NCBI GenBank assembly: GCA_030390025.1
Contig: CM059432.1
Span: forward strand, 49,788,001-49,852,000
From: Squalus acanthias
Lineage: Eukaryota
Length of the DNA: 64,000 bases
Direction of reading: 5' to 3'
Shown here in pieces: positions 1-11,331 of this stretch. A program made the position numbers and the translations under genes. The notes beneath the pieces are model-generated. The model saw only the letters and a list, made by a program, of their open reading frames with translations. It did not search any database and was not told the origin of the DNA. Each line of letters begins with the position of its first letter. The stretch's first letter is position 1.

Positions 1-1
1 T

Positions 2-679
2 ATCAGGTCTCTTCTCTCCACATCTACTAATGTCACGCCTCATGAGCGATTCTTCAAATTCCGGCGTCGCTCTACACATGGGACGTCTCTACCGTCATGG
101 TTGGTGGCTCCAGGCCCGGTGCTACTCCGGAGGTTCGTCCGGTCTGCCAAAAACGACCCTCTCGTTGACGAGGTGGAGTTAACGGAGGTAAACCCCACTT
201 ATGCGCACGTACGGTACCCTGATGGCCGGGAGACCACCGTCTCGCTCCGAGATCTGGCTCCCTGCCCAACCGGTCACACGGGCCCGAATGATGAAGGATC
301 CCCCGACAATGATATCAACACTCCGCACCCCTATGAAAATGACGCCCCGCTTGGGACATCGGGGGATCTGCCGGCAACGCTACCGGATCAACTCAGGGAG
401 CTGGACGCTCCCCGTAGGACGGCCACCCGAAACCAGGACGCCGGACAATCTCCAGCCACGACCCGGGATGAGGCCAGCTCAGCACCTGTGGGGACCCGCA
501 CCCGGAGTCATGATATTCCCAGTCCTCCACAGGATGATCAAGATGACGCGGACTCTACTGACTTACCGGTACGGGCCAAGCGACCCAGGGACCAGGACAC
601 GGTCCGGGGAGACGTGCCTTCCGGTCACAAGCAGAGAACTAAACGTCTACGGCTATTTTTGGTCCGTCTAGTCCGTTAA
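2..679 (+). CDS. pol: Ty3/Gypsy LTR retrotransposon pol, integrase C-terminal part (open from window start)
   Basis: Frame 2 is open from base 2: IRSLLSTSTNVTPHERFF...PGPVLLRRFVRSAKNDPLVDEVELTEVNPTYAHVRYPDGRETTVSLRDLAP, typical of the integrase tail of an aquatic-animal Gypsy clade; followed by a PPT and LTR. Confidence 0.8.
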   Translation: MRSLLSTSTNVTPHERFFKFRRRSTHGTSLPSWLVAPGPVLLRRFVRSAKNDPLVDEVELTEVNPTYAHVRYPDGRETTVSLRDLAPCPTGHTGPNDEGSPDNDINTPHPYENDAPLGTSGDLPATLPDQLRELDAPRRTATRNQDAGQSPATTRDEASSAPVGTRTRSHDIPSPPQDDQDDADSTDLPVRAKRPRDQDTVRGDVPSGHKQRTKRLRLFLVRLVR

Positions 680-717
680 AGGAAGACTGGACTTCCAAAC
701 CCTTTAGGGAGGAAGAA

Positions 718-932
718 TGTCATAAATCGCAAGTAACAACTCAGGAAGTACTACTGGGCGGCCAGCTGGGGCGCCGTCCAGGGAGTATAAATACTCAGGC
801 ATGGGCCCACCTTGGGCAGAGACAATCTGGAAACAGGAAGCTAGTGACTGCTAACCAGACCTCCATGTTTTGTTACAAGTTGATTAAAGCCTTGCTTTAT
901 GTTCAAGTGCGTAGTGAGTCTTTATTACGTCA
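718..932 (+). mobile_element. 3' LTR of the Gypsy element
   Basis: Polypurine tract AGGGAGGAAGAA (706-717) directly before TGTCA; TATAAATA at 786; ATTAAA at 883; ends TTATTACGTCA. Confidence 0.8.
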
Positions 933-1467
933 GTTCCCATGCTGCAGGTATATACCTCAGTTGAGGAAGTGCTCAGTCAAGGTGGGGAGAGGGTTTTCCC
1001 AGGAGGTCACAGTGGAGATGGATCTCAGCTTCAACACTTTCAAAATCAGTTGACCTGCAAAAAGTTCTCCAAGACCTGAGAAAAGAAAGTTCTGCCACCT
1101 GCAAATGATCATTGTGGAAAACTCCGTTTTTATGGTGGAGCTGCAGCTCTTAGTAAGCCAACCACTTGTGAACCCGACAGGATTAGCTGGCGTGTTCCAG
1201 GGGAGACGTGCAGCACACGGGAAGTGTGATAAACTCTGAAAGGCCTCTCAAAATGGGATTATAGAGGTACTTAAGTGGTGGTTAAGTGCCTTAAGGGCTC
1301 ATCCCGCCACTTGGAGGCGGAACCGAAACAGAGTCTGCAAGCCCGCCTTTGGGAAAGTTGCGCAGAGGCGGGTTGAAGGCGGGATCTGAGCTCGCCGCCA
1401 TTTTCTGCAACTTTCCTACCTGACCCACCTTCAAACCCGCCTCCTTGGGCCTGGCAAAATCCAGCCC
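933..1467. mobile_element. PIF/Harbinger-derived fragment (right end)
   Basis: Ends GGCAAAATCCAGCCC, matching the TIR style of the other Harbinger copies (cf. GGCAAAATCACGGTT at 4196-4210), with similar subterminal AACCCGCC motifs. Confidence 0.55.
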
Positions 1468-2552
1468 ATAGTCCCCAGATCATTAGTCCAGGCCTCTAGG
1501 ATTACTAGTCCAGTAACATAACCACTATGCTAACGTACCCACGTGACTCTACAAACATTATTATTTCATTTTGTTAATACCATCAAGTTCAAACTATCCG
1601 AGCAAGAAAAGTACTATATTGTACACATCATTAAAAATGTAACAAATTCCATTATCGGAATATATTCTGTTATGAACTATCTGACTGTAACGCATCTTAC
1701 ATAAAGGTACTCATTAAAAATACAATGACCTTGTTCAGAAAGTTATAAATCCTTTGGGGAAAATATACAGTGGTGAAAGAAAGGATTTATAAAGAGTTTT
1801 ATAATAACCATATTTATTACATTAGAAAGAGATAATCAATTGAAAAAAATGTATTGAATGTGTCTACAGTGAGACAGTATCTTATTATCAGGAGACAGAT
1901 CCAGGTCTAAAATAGTTACAGCCTGGACAAAGCCACTCACATGGATTTCAGCTAAATCAATATTAGCCTCTCCTCTCACTTAACATGTTAAAGCATCCAT
2001 CCAAATTATTTTAAGTTAGCCCATGTTGTGTTTGTTTTGGATGTTGTTTACTTTTTGGACAAAAGTATGTTGTGTAATATTTTAGATATATAGGGTAATC
2101 TGTCCATAAGGATTAGCATTTCATGTTTTGCCTTTAATAGCTAAGAAACAACATATAAATATGAATATTTATAAGATTAGTTCTCAACTTGTCCCATTTG
2201 ATCATTAGCAGATAGATTCTCCATTTGAAGAATTAAAAAAAATTATTTGCCCATTTATCATGGCACAAACAGCACTGAGTTAATCATGACAACCTTTGAT
2301 ATATTCAAGTGTATAGGTGCATTCAGACAAATTGTGTTGCAGTATTGTTTGTGAAATCTCATTTAGCTTGCGTCACTATATCCTGGATATGAGACTAGTC
2401 ATTATGTTCTCTTGAGGCTTTGTAAAGTTTCTGCTTAGGTCTTGGTTAATGGCAGTGAAGTATTTCTTCATTCATTTATGATTGAGAAGCATTTAGTTTG
2501 AAGCTATAAGGTAAATGGGGTTTTTTAAGACCCTGCATTGAGCAGATACCTG

Positions 2553-4210
2553 GGCTGCAATTTTGCCGATTGAGGCGGGTCCGGGGCGGCCGCGGTCGGT
2601 GTTGTGGTCCCAGCCCGCTGCAGCCCACACTCTCCAAGTGATTTTACGTTAATAGGGCTTGTTAAGCCCGCCCTGCGAGGTTCCCGGCCAATTAATAGCA
2701 AGTGGGTCTGATGACATCATTTGATGACGCGTCATCAGCCGGTTTCCTTAAAGGGGCCATGTCCAAATTGATCTTGACAGTTCTGCTGTCAGTGTTCTAC
2801 AGCATTGAGGTGCTGCAAACACGGACAATCACTGTACAGAGGTGCACGGCTGCACCCAGGCTCTCCCATGACTCCCTCCATATGCTTATGGAGGGAGTCA
2901 CAGCAAGCAGGGAGGTTCTCTTCCCTTCCCATGGGCGGAATAGACCTCCCCAGGAGATCAAAGCAGCCTGGATGCACATTGCACAGGAGGGCACAAGCAG
3001 GGATGTCATCAGGAGGGCCAGGCTGCAGTGGTGCAAACCTTTCAATGATCTGAGTAGATCACAAAACGTTACTGCCAAGCCACACTCAACCTCATCCTGC
3101 TGTGCCACTCATCACATCCACATCACTCTGCCTTCCCTACCCTACTCCTGCAAATCCTTACTCACACCAACTTACCTTGTGCCTCCACCCATCCCTCTCT
3201 ATCTACATTATCACTTCTCCATTTCACTACCCTCATCCTAGTGAACTAACAACACACAAGGGTAGGCACTTGGGTGGTTTAGCCAATGTTCACGTGAAGT
3301 TTCTGTTAATGTGTTGTCAAACATTGAAATCTATATTTTCAACACTTTACCTTATTAGACAGATATGTGCTCACCTTTAGAAGTGTCTTAGTGAGTTCCA
3401 GTGAATGTTTAGACATAACTTACCCCCTCCCCACCCCGCCCCCAATTGTGATGAGTGTGAAAGAAATGGCTTGGACATTGTAGGGATGCTTTATGGTGTT
3501 GGTGTGGGGTGGTGTCAACCTGGCGCATTATCTGGCAGCCAGGGTGTACAGTGTCAAGTGAAGTAAATCTGGCCATGGTGATGCCATCGCTGGCCTCCCG
3601 GGCAGCAATATTGTCGGGTGCTGATGCCCTGTGTCCTGTGCAGCATCAGGTGATGGCGAAGAAGGTTGGTGATGTTGGTGTTGGGACTGATCATGGAGGG
3701 ATTCAGAGGATCTGTCAATGGTGAGAGAGCTTGATCCAAGGAGGTGACAGTGGATAGAGAGTTTACTCCAAACTCTTCCAAACAGCTCAAAAGTGTCCTC
3801 CAAGTCCTGAAGGCTCAAGTTTCTGACATTGGAAAGTGACCAGCTGTGAAATGGTAGCTTTCATACCACTTTTGCAGCTGTCACCTATTCACAGCAATGG
3901 GGAGACATAAAGAACCCAACCTACTTACCTGACGTGATCTCTGAACGATGTGAACCTCATTAAAAAAAGTGGTAAAATAGAAAAAGGCTGGCAAAATAGT
4001 AGTTAACTAGCGTTTAACAAGCATTTAACTATCTTAAATGCTTCCCCCGCCGCTTGGTGTCGGGTCTGTTCTGAAATCGTAGACCCGACACTTTGGAAAC
4101 TTACATGGAGGCGGGTTCGGAGCAGGATCCCAACCCACTGTCAATCATTTTGATTTTGCTTGTGGACCCGCCTCCGAACCCGCCCTCTGAGCGCCGGCAA
4201 AATCACGGTT
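2553..4210 (+). mobile_element. Non-autonomous PIF/Harbinger element retaining the Myb/SANT-like exon
   Basis: 15-bp imperfect TIRs GGCTGCAATTTTGCC / GGCAAAATCACGGTT; CTG on both flanks (3-bp TSD); ~2840-3060 encodes APRLSHDSLHMLMEGV..REVLFP..AWMHIAQE..QWCKPFNDL (Myb/SANT-like). Confidence 0.8.
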
Positions 4211-4551
4211 CTGGTCTCAATAGGATTAGCTTCAGATATGCCTAATCATGGCATGCTGATAGGAATTCCCATGGTAACCCAGGATCACCCCCAGACAGAT
4301 CCTCAAAAATGGCCACCTAATCCAAATTTACAATGCAGCATAAACCGCAGGTGGGGGAGGCCATGGGGGAGGGTGGGGGGGCGGGGTGGGGGGGAGGACC
4401 CAGCAGATCCAGGTTAAAATTAACAATGTTAGTTGGAAAATAAAGCAAGCACTGAATAAGTTTGATTGATTCTCATTAAATTGTATTAACATTTCTGGAC
4501 GTCAAGGAAAAATAGTCAAAGCCCAACTAACCCAATACTTATATATTCCCT

Positions 4552-5335
4552 GGGGGCTACAAATTCGGCATCGCCCCATTTGGGGCACTAACTTTTGAGA
4601 AGTTGGAAGTGTAGCGCCAGGCACTAATCAATCTCACTGCCCGCTAAATTCAGTCTCAGCGCTCAAAAGAATGCAGGGGAGCACTAAATCAGGCACTAAT
4701 GGCATAGGTGAGTGGCGTTAGTATCCATGCAATACCGAACATCAGGTGTTCTGTAATCGGGAGTGAGCATTTGTGAAGGCACCTTGCAGCCATTAAAGGG
4801 GAGGGTCACTGGAGTCTGCACACCAGCCCCCAATGATTCGGGGAGTGCAGAACAGCAATATGCTGTGGGATGTAATGCAAAGTCCTTTGACGGCCCGCAA
4901 CACTCCAGGGACTAAGCAGCCTTTATTTGGCTGCAGATACATCCTGTGCTCTCTGGCACTCATCTCTGACCTTTGGAACGGAAGTTCCTTGACAGCTGGG
5001 GCACATCCCTTTAAGTAGCGCCCCGCCAGCCGCCAGCCGCCAGCCGCCAGGTTCACACCTTCGCTCCCTGGCGTTGTCGGTGCGAGGCGGTAAGGCAGGG
5101 GGCACTACTGAAGTTTGCCGATCGGGCGCCCAGCGAGCGTTGCACACTCGCTGACGTCACGATCTGCATGGCGAAAGGTGCCGAGGTGCTAACTGTTATT
5201 ACCGGCACTATAGGGCCGGTGAATTTGCTGTGCGGCGCGGGATTCATCCTGCCGCGGCGCTACTGCCTGAGCACCCCATTAGTGCCCCAGCCAGGCGCTA
5301 ACTGGGGGGCGCTACCATGCCGAATTTCTCCCCCC
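4552..5335. mobile_element. Harbinger-type MITE
   Basis: TIRs GGGGCTACAAATTCGGCAT / ATGCCGAATTTCTCCCC; repeated GCACTAA/GCGCTAA subterminal motifs; no coding signal. Confidence 0.65.
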
Positions 5336-5832
5336 CCCATACACAAAAAGTAAACTGAAAATGAGAACAACTTAGAATCACATATCAGGGTTTGATAATG
5401 GCATTATTGTAACATGATGGCACAATGGATTGGAGCCAATGTGGTGGGACACAGAATCAATTCCCCTCACTCCCACTTAGAGAACTGTTGTCCTTATCAG
5501 TTATTTTGTGAAGAGATGATGACTAGATTCCAGCCATATCACTGGAGAATTGGTTGAAAACCAACAGGAAACTCAACATTGGAATCCTCTCGTGCACTTC
5601 CTAGTGGCCAGCTCAAGAGTGGGTTTTGGAGGCCTGGAAGCAAACCACCATGATGCCTTCCCTCTCTGCCACAGGTGATCAATGGCTAGAAAAGGCGTGT
5701 CCAAGTTAATGGCTATGAACTATATTTGGCCCATGAAGTTGAGGCAACTATTTGTGTTTATATTTCTTACTGGTTTTGCCCTGTTTGAATTTCATGGGCC
5801 TGAAGGTTTCCAAATGGTTATTCCTGATGCTA

Positions 5833-5996
5833 TCACAGAATCACAGAATCACAGAATCCCCACAGTGCAGATAGAGGCCATTTCGGCCCATCGAGCCTGC
5901 ACCGACACGTATCCCACCCTATCCCCGTAACCCCATGTATTTAATCCCCCCTAACACTAAGGGTCAATTTATCATAGCCAAATCAACCTAACCCGC
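5833..5996 (-). mobile_element. HE1-like (V-SINE) 3' half with CR1-type tail
   Basis: Minus strand reads GGTTAGGTTGATTTGGCTATGATAAATTGACCCTTAGTG...GGCTCGATGGGCCGAAATGGCCTC...(GATTCTGT)n. Confidence 0.65.
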
Positions 5997-6439
5997 TATT
6001 GCCTCATTGGTGGATAAGTCCTAAATCAGAATGCCAAGATCTGATAGTATCAGCAATTAAGACATATGTAAACTAATGGGAACAATGATTTATAGTTTAT
6101 ATGTGGCTCATGAAGCTTCATTGCATACACCTAAGCAGCCCATGAAGACAAAATGCTTGATCACCCCTTGACAAGGAAGCCTGCAAGGTGAGGAAATTCT
6201 TTTGTCCAACAAGGGTGTTAATCCATCTACAGCAAATAGGTTAAATTGGCTTACATTGCATCTATCATTAATTGGAAGTTATTAATTAAAATGTAATTAA
6301 TGTAAATCTTTATAGGGGATATTTTATTTCACCTACTGGGAGCACAAAAGGCATAGGTGTTGGATGAGTGTTGGGCATTGGGGTTTTAAGACCCTCTGGC
6401 CATAGAGTGAGGTGAAATGGAGGGATGGAGAGGTATTGA

Positions 6440-6790
6440 AAAAAAGCCACTCACCCTGACGACCCGAGTGAGGTCATTGAACTTTTTGTGACATTGAGTA
6501 TGGGTCCTGGGCACCATGCTCCTGGAGGAGATGTGCTGAGCCACCTGCCTCCACACTCTCCTGTAGTCACGCGGCAAAGGCCTCCTGCCACTCTCAGGGT
6601 AGAGTATAGATCTTCTGCGCTCCACCCCGCCAACCAGAGCCTCCAAGACCTGCTCGCTGAAGCGCTGAGCTCATTCTCTCACCCTCTCCATAGTCCTTGG
6701 CTGGAAAATGTAGGCAAAGGTCTCTCCAGGCCGAGATTCAAAGCTCCAATGAGCAGGATGTGGCTGGAGAGCAAGATCGACCCTCCCCTT
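6440..6790 (-). pseudogene. Harbinger Myb/SANT-like gene, exon 1 remnant
   Basis: EALVGGVERRRSILYP..RRVWRQVAQHISSRSMVPRTHTQCHKKFNDLTRVVR followed by a GTGAGT donor. Confidence 0.8.
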
Positions 6791-6960
6791 TAAGTGCCCA
6801 GTCCTCACCGTTTTTAAGCCACGTTTCCGTTATTGCCACAACATCATATTGCCACACGGCTAATTGTGCTTGTAGCTCCCCAACCTTATTCACCACACTT
6901 TGTGCGTTTATGTGCATGCATTTTAAACCCATTTTTGAATTTTTCGTAGTCTTTCTTAGT
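6791..6960 (-). mobile_element. CR1 ORF2 APE endonuclease N-terminal fragment
   Basis: LKCMHINAQSVVNKVGELQAQLAVWQYDVVAITETWL. Confidence 0.8.
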
Positions 6961-7897
6961 CTGGAAAAAGGAAGACAGTAACAAAAGTAAGTGTTGGTCC
7001 CAAAGAGGCTGAGACAGGAGAAATTATAATGGGGAATAAGGAAATGGCAAAGACTTTAAACAAATATTTTGTATCTGTCTTCACAGTAGAAGACACAAAA
7101 ATCATACCAAATATATTGGGGAACCAAGCGGCTAATGAGACAGAGCAACTTAAAGTGATTAAGATCAGTAGAGAAAAAGTACTTGAGTAACTAATGGGAC
7201 TAAAAGCCGACAAATCCCCTGGACCTGATGGCCTACATCCTAGGGTTCTAAAAGAGGTAGCTACAGAGATAGTGGATGCATTGGTTGTGATCTTCCAAAA
7301 TTCTCTAGATTCTAGACCAGTCCCAGCGGAGTGGAAGGTAGCTAATGTAACCCTGCTATTCAAGGAAGGAGGGACAGAGAAAACAGGCAACAACAGGCCA
7401 GTTGGGAAAATGCTGCAATCCATTATTAAGGAAGTGCTGACAGGGCACTTATAAAATCATAATATCATTAGGCAGAGTCAACATGGTTTTATGAAAGGAA
7501 AATCATGTTTAACGAATTTATTAGAGTTTTTTGAGGATGTAACAAGCAGTGTAGATAACAGTGAGCCAGTGGATGCAGCATATTTGAGTTTCCAAAAGGC
7601 ATTCGATAAGGTGCCACATAAAAGGTTGTTATGCAAGATAAGGGCTCATGGGGTTGGGGTTAGTATATTAGCATGGATAGAGGATTGGTTAATGGACAGA
7701 AAACAGAGAGTAGGGATAAACGGGTCATTTTCCAGTTGGCAGGCTGTAACTAGTGGGGTGCCACAAGGATCGGTGCTTGGGCCTCAGCTATTTACAATCT
7801 ATATCAATGATTTAGATTTAGGGACTGAGTGCAATGTATCTAAGTTTACTGATGATACAAAGCTAGGTGGGAAAATAAGCTGTGAGGAGGACACAAA

Positions 7898-10044
7898 AGG
7901 CTAAAAATTCATGGCCGCTGCAAGAGTTGGCGGTGCCACCCCGGCCTCGGGTTAACGGCCGCTGAAAGTGGACGAAGTGGTACAAGGGAAAAATTCGCGC
8001 TGGGGGCTAAAGATTTTTACCCCAGCGCTAACTTACCATGTAACACCCTTCTGGTGGTGTTAGTGCAGGCATCGGAGGCGAAGTTGCCGTCCTGAAGCGG
8101 TGTTCAATCTTCCAACAGCCTCTGGAAGCAAGGCAATGAAGTTTGCTAGGCATTGTGGGAAATTAAAAGGGCAAAGCCTTCTGAAGTAATAAAATTAGAA
8201 ATAAAGTTTTTAAAAAATGCAGTTTTCAGCCCTTACTGCCTTTTTAAAAAAAAATAACATTAAAAAGAATTCCCGAATGGGAGTCTTCAGCTCTTAAAGC
8301 TGAATTCCCTGCAGCACCTCAAAAAATGTGAAAAGTGCTTCAGCACTAACACAAATGGCTCAGCAAGCCAGGGAAGGGGCACACAGGGTCTCGCACGCAG
8401 CACTCCAGCTTTGTGCAGAGGGTCAACACTGCAAGAGAGGTCCTCTACCCACAGGCACCAGGAGGCCCTCCAGAAAGAAGGATATGGGACCATATCACTG
8501 ATGCCATCACTGCCAACAGTGTCGCCCCGACCACCTGGCTCCAGTGCCCAAAGAAGTTTCATGACCTCAGACCAGTGGTCAAGGTCAGTGAATGCATCTT
8601 TAAAAGCCTTCTCCTACCAACTGCATCACTAGCCTCACACACTTCTCAATGCATGACTCCCTCCCGCCAATCACTCACCTACCAGCAATCTGTACCAATC
8701 ACGAGTTACACCACCATTTCTAGCCTCACCTCACCCGCCTTGGATGAGATGGTGCAGGCAATTCTTGGCAGGAGCAGAGCCCTTGGCCAGCAGTGGGGCA
8801 GAAAGGATACAAGATGCTGGTATTCTCAATCCTCCTTCTCACATGCACCTCTTGCTTTCCCACCCTCCCCTCACCACAACTCCACCCTTGTGCCTTCCTC
8901 ATTTCACACACCCAAGAAATGCAGCCTGCCCAGCCAGTGGTTGACCAAGAAGAGGGAGAGGAGAGTGAAGAAGACGAAGAAAAAGAAACACCTTCACTAG
9001 ATTTGACACTCCCAGCTACCAGCTACTCAAGGTCAACCAGCAAGTCCATTTGCAGTGTCCCCCACTGAAAGTCAGCAGCCTTTCACCAGCCTTGCTGCAG
9101 CTACTGGGGTACCACTGCGTGACATCAGTAGGGTAGGCAAAGACACACACAAGGCAGTCACTAAGAGAATGCATAAGGGTAATGAGTTGATTTCTTAATG
9201 TCATATTAGATGGATAGATGTATAAAGTTGGATTGGAAAGTTTGCTTTGAGGTGGCTTTTATTTCAGCATCGTGGCCAAGAGGATGCTGTGATGGTCAGT
9301 AACAGTGGGACAAATGTTGAAAGGAGAAGTAGGGTTGTGGTCACTGATACCTCAGGCGATGATTCCATCCTGGATATCCCGGCCAGAAAGGGGCTGTCTG
9401 GGTTGCATCCTTCCGTCTGTTTCCTCCTCTTCTGCTTCTTCGTCTTCGGCTTCTTCCTCTTCCCTCTGCGAGCGGATGCTGTAAATCTGAAATGGCAGCA
9501 GAAAATGCTGGAAATACTCAGCAGGTAAGGCAGTATCTCGACCTGAGATGTGAACTCTCTTTCTCTTTCCACGGATGGTGCCAGACCTGCTGAGTATTTG
9601 CAGCATTTTCTGTCTTCTCAGAGGCCTTCCTTTACCATCCGCAGCCTTGCAAGCATCCAGCAGCGCACCCTGCACACTTAAAAAACTTTTAACATGTACT
9701 GCAGCAAGCCACTACTCCAATAAAATCAAACAAACCCAGTCCAAAAGCTTAAATGCAAACTTACCTGGAAGATGTGTGTGTCCCTTTAAGAGGTGCTGAC
9801 AGCACCTCTGTCAGTCTGCTGCATGTTAGGTTTACCTGGTGAGCTTAGGACCCAGCACTGAACTCAGTGCAAATGTCCAAGTTCCCTCATTATAACTTGC
9901 AGTGCGATGGATGTTACCAGCAGCGCTGCTGAGCCTTGGAAAATGGTGAACTCCGCGGGCCAGCTGGTCAAAGAATGGTGGCTGCCCTCTTTATGCAACT
10001 TTTTGCAAGTAATGGGTGGCATTAAGCCCCAGAATTTTTAGCCC
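7898..10044 (+). mobile_element. PIF/Harbinger derivative (Myb exon on +, transposase deleted)
   Basis: TIRs AGGCTAAAAATTC / GAATTTTTAGCCC; AAA TSD (7895-7897, 10045-10047) whose removal restores the CR1; Myb motif REVLYPQ..RRIWDHI..WLQCPKKFHDL at ~8410-8585. Confidence 0.88.
9472..9612. repeat. Hairpin-forming inverted repeat, probably Penelope-derived
   Basis: CAGAAAATGCTGGAAATACTCAGCAGGT ... ACCTGCTGAGTATTTGCAGCATTTTCTG; the Penelope origin is from recall of similar shark repeats. Confidence 0.6.
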
Positions 10045-11331
10045 AAACAGCTTGCAAAAGGATATAGGCAGGTTAAGTGAGTGGGCAGTAAGGTGGCAGA
10101 TGGAGTATAATGTGGGGAAATGTGAGGTTATTCACTTTGGTCAGAAGAATAAAAAAACAGAATATTTTTTAAATGCTAAGAAACTATTAAATGTTGGTGT
10201 TCAGAGAGATTTAGTTGTCCTCGTACAGGAAAGACAGAGATTAGCATGCAGGTACAGCAAGCAATTAAGAAGGCAAATGGCATGTTGGCCTTTATTGCAA
10301 GGGGGTTGGAGTACAAGAGTAAGGAAGTTTTGCTACAATTGTACAGGTGAGACCACACCTGGAGTACGGTGCACAGTTTTGTTCTCCTTATCTAAGGAAA
10401 GATATACTTGCCGTAGAGGCAGTGCAATGAAGGTTCACTAGATTGATTCCTGGGATGAGAGGATTGTCATATGAGGAGAGATTGAGTAGATTGGGCCTAT
10501 ACTCTCTGGAGTTTAGAAGAATAAGAGGTGATCTCATTGAAATATAAAAGATTCTGAGGGGATTTGACAGGGTAGATGCTGAGAGGTTGTTTCCCCTTGC
10601 TGGAGGATCTAGAACCATGGGACAGTCTCAGGATAAGGAGTCAGCCATTTAAGGCTGAGATGAGGAATTTCTTCACTGAAGGTTGTGAATCTTTGGAATT
10701 CTCTACCCCAAAGGGCTGTGGGTGCTGAATTGTTGAATATGTGCTAGGCTGAGATAGATAGATTTTTGGACTCTAGGGAAATCAAGGGATATGGAGATCG
10801 GGCTGGAAAGTGGAGTTGAGGTCCAAGATCAGCCATGATCTTATTGAATGGCGGAGCAGGCTCGAGGGGCCATATGGCCTACTCCTGCTCCTAATTTTTA
10901 TGTTCTTATATTCATTCAGACTCTCGAGCCATTTTCACCATTCATTTAAATCATGGCTGATCTGTAGCTTACCCACCTTGGTTCCGTAACCCTTAATACC
11001 CTTGCCTAACAAAAATCTATCAATCTCAGTTTTGAAATTTTCAATTGACCTAGTCTCAACAGCTTTTTGCGGGGAGAGAGTCGTAGATTTCCACTAACCT
11101 TTGTGCGAAGAAGTGCCTTCTGACATCACCCCTGAATGGCCTAGCTCTAATTTTAAGGTTATGCCCTGTGCCCTTGTTCTGGACTCTCCCACCAGAGGAA
11201 ATGGTTTCTCACTATCTACCCTATCAAATCCTTTAATCACCTCAAACACTTCAATTCGATCACCCTTTAATCTTCTATATTCAAGGTAATACTAGCCTAG
11301 TCTATGCAACCTGTCCTCATAATTTAACCCT

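Larger units (their letters stand above)
6963..10909 (+). mobile_element. CR1 LINE, 5'-truncated and degenerate, split by a Harbinger insertion
   Basis: [51 protein letters not shown]; reading resumes LQKDIGRLSEWA at 10048; 3' tail GGCCTACTCCTGCTCC..TATGTTCTTAT. Confidence 0.92.
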
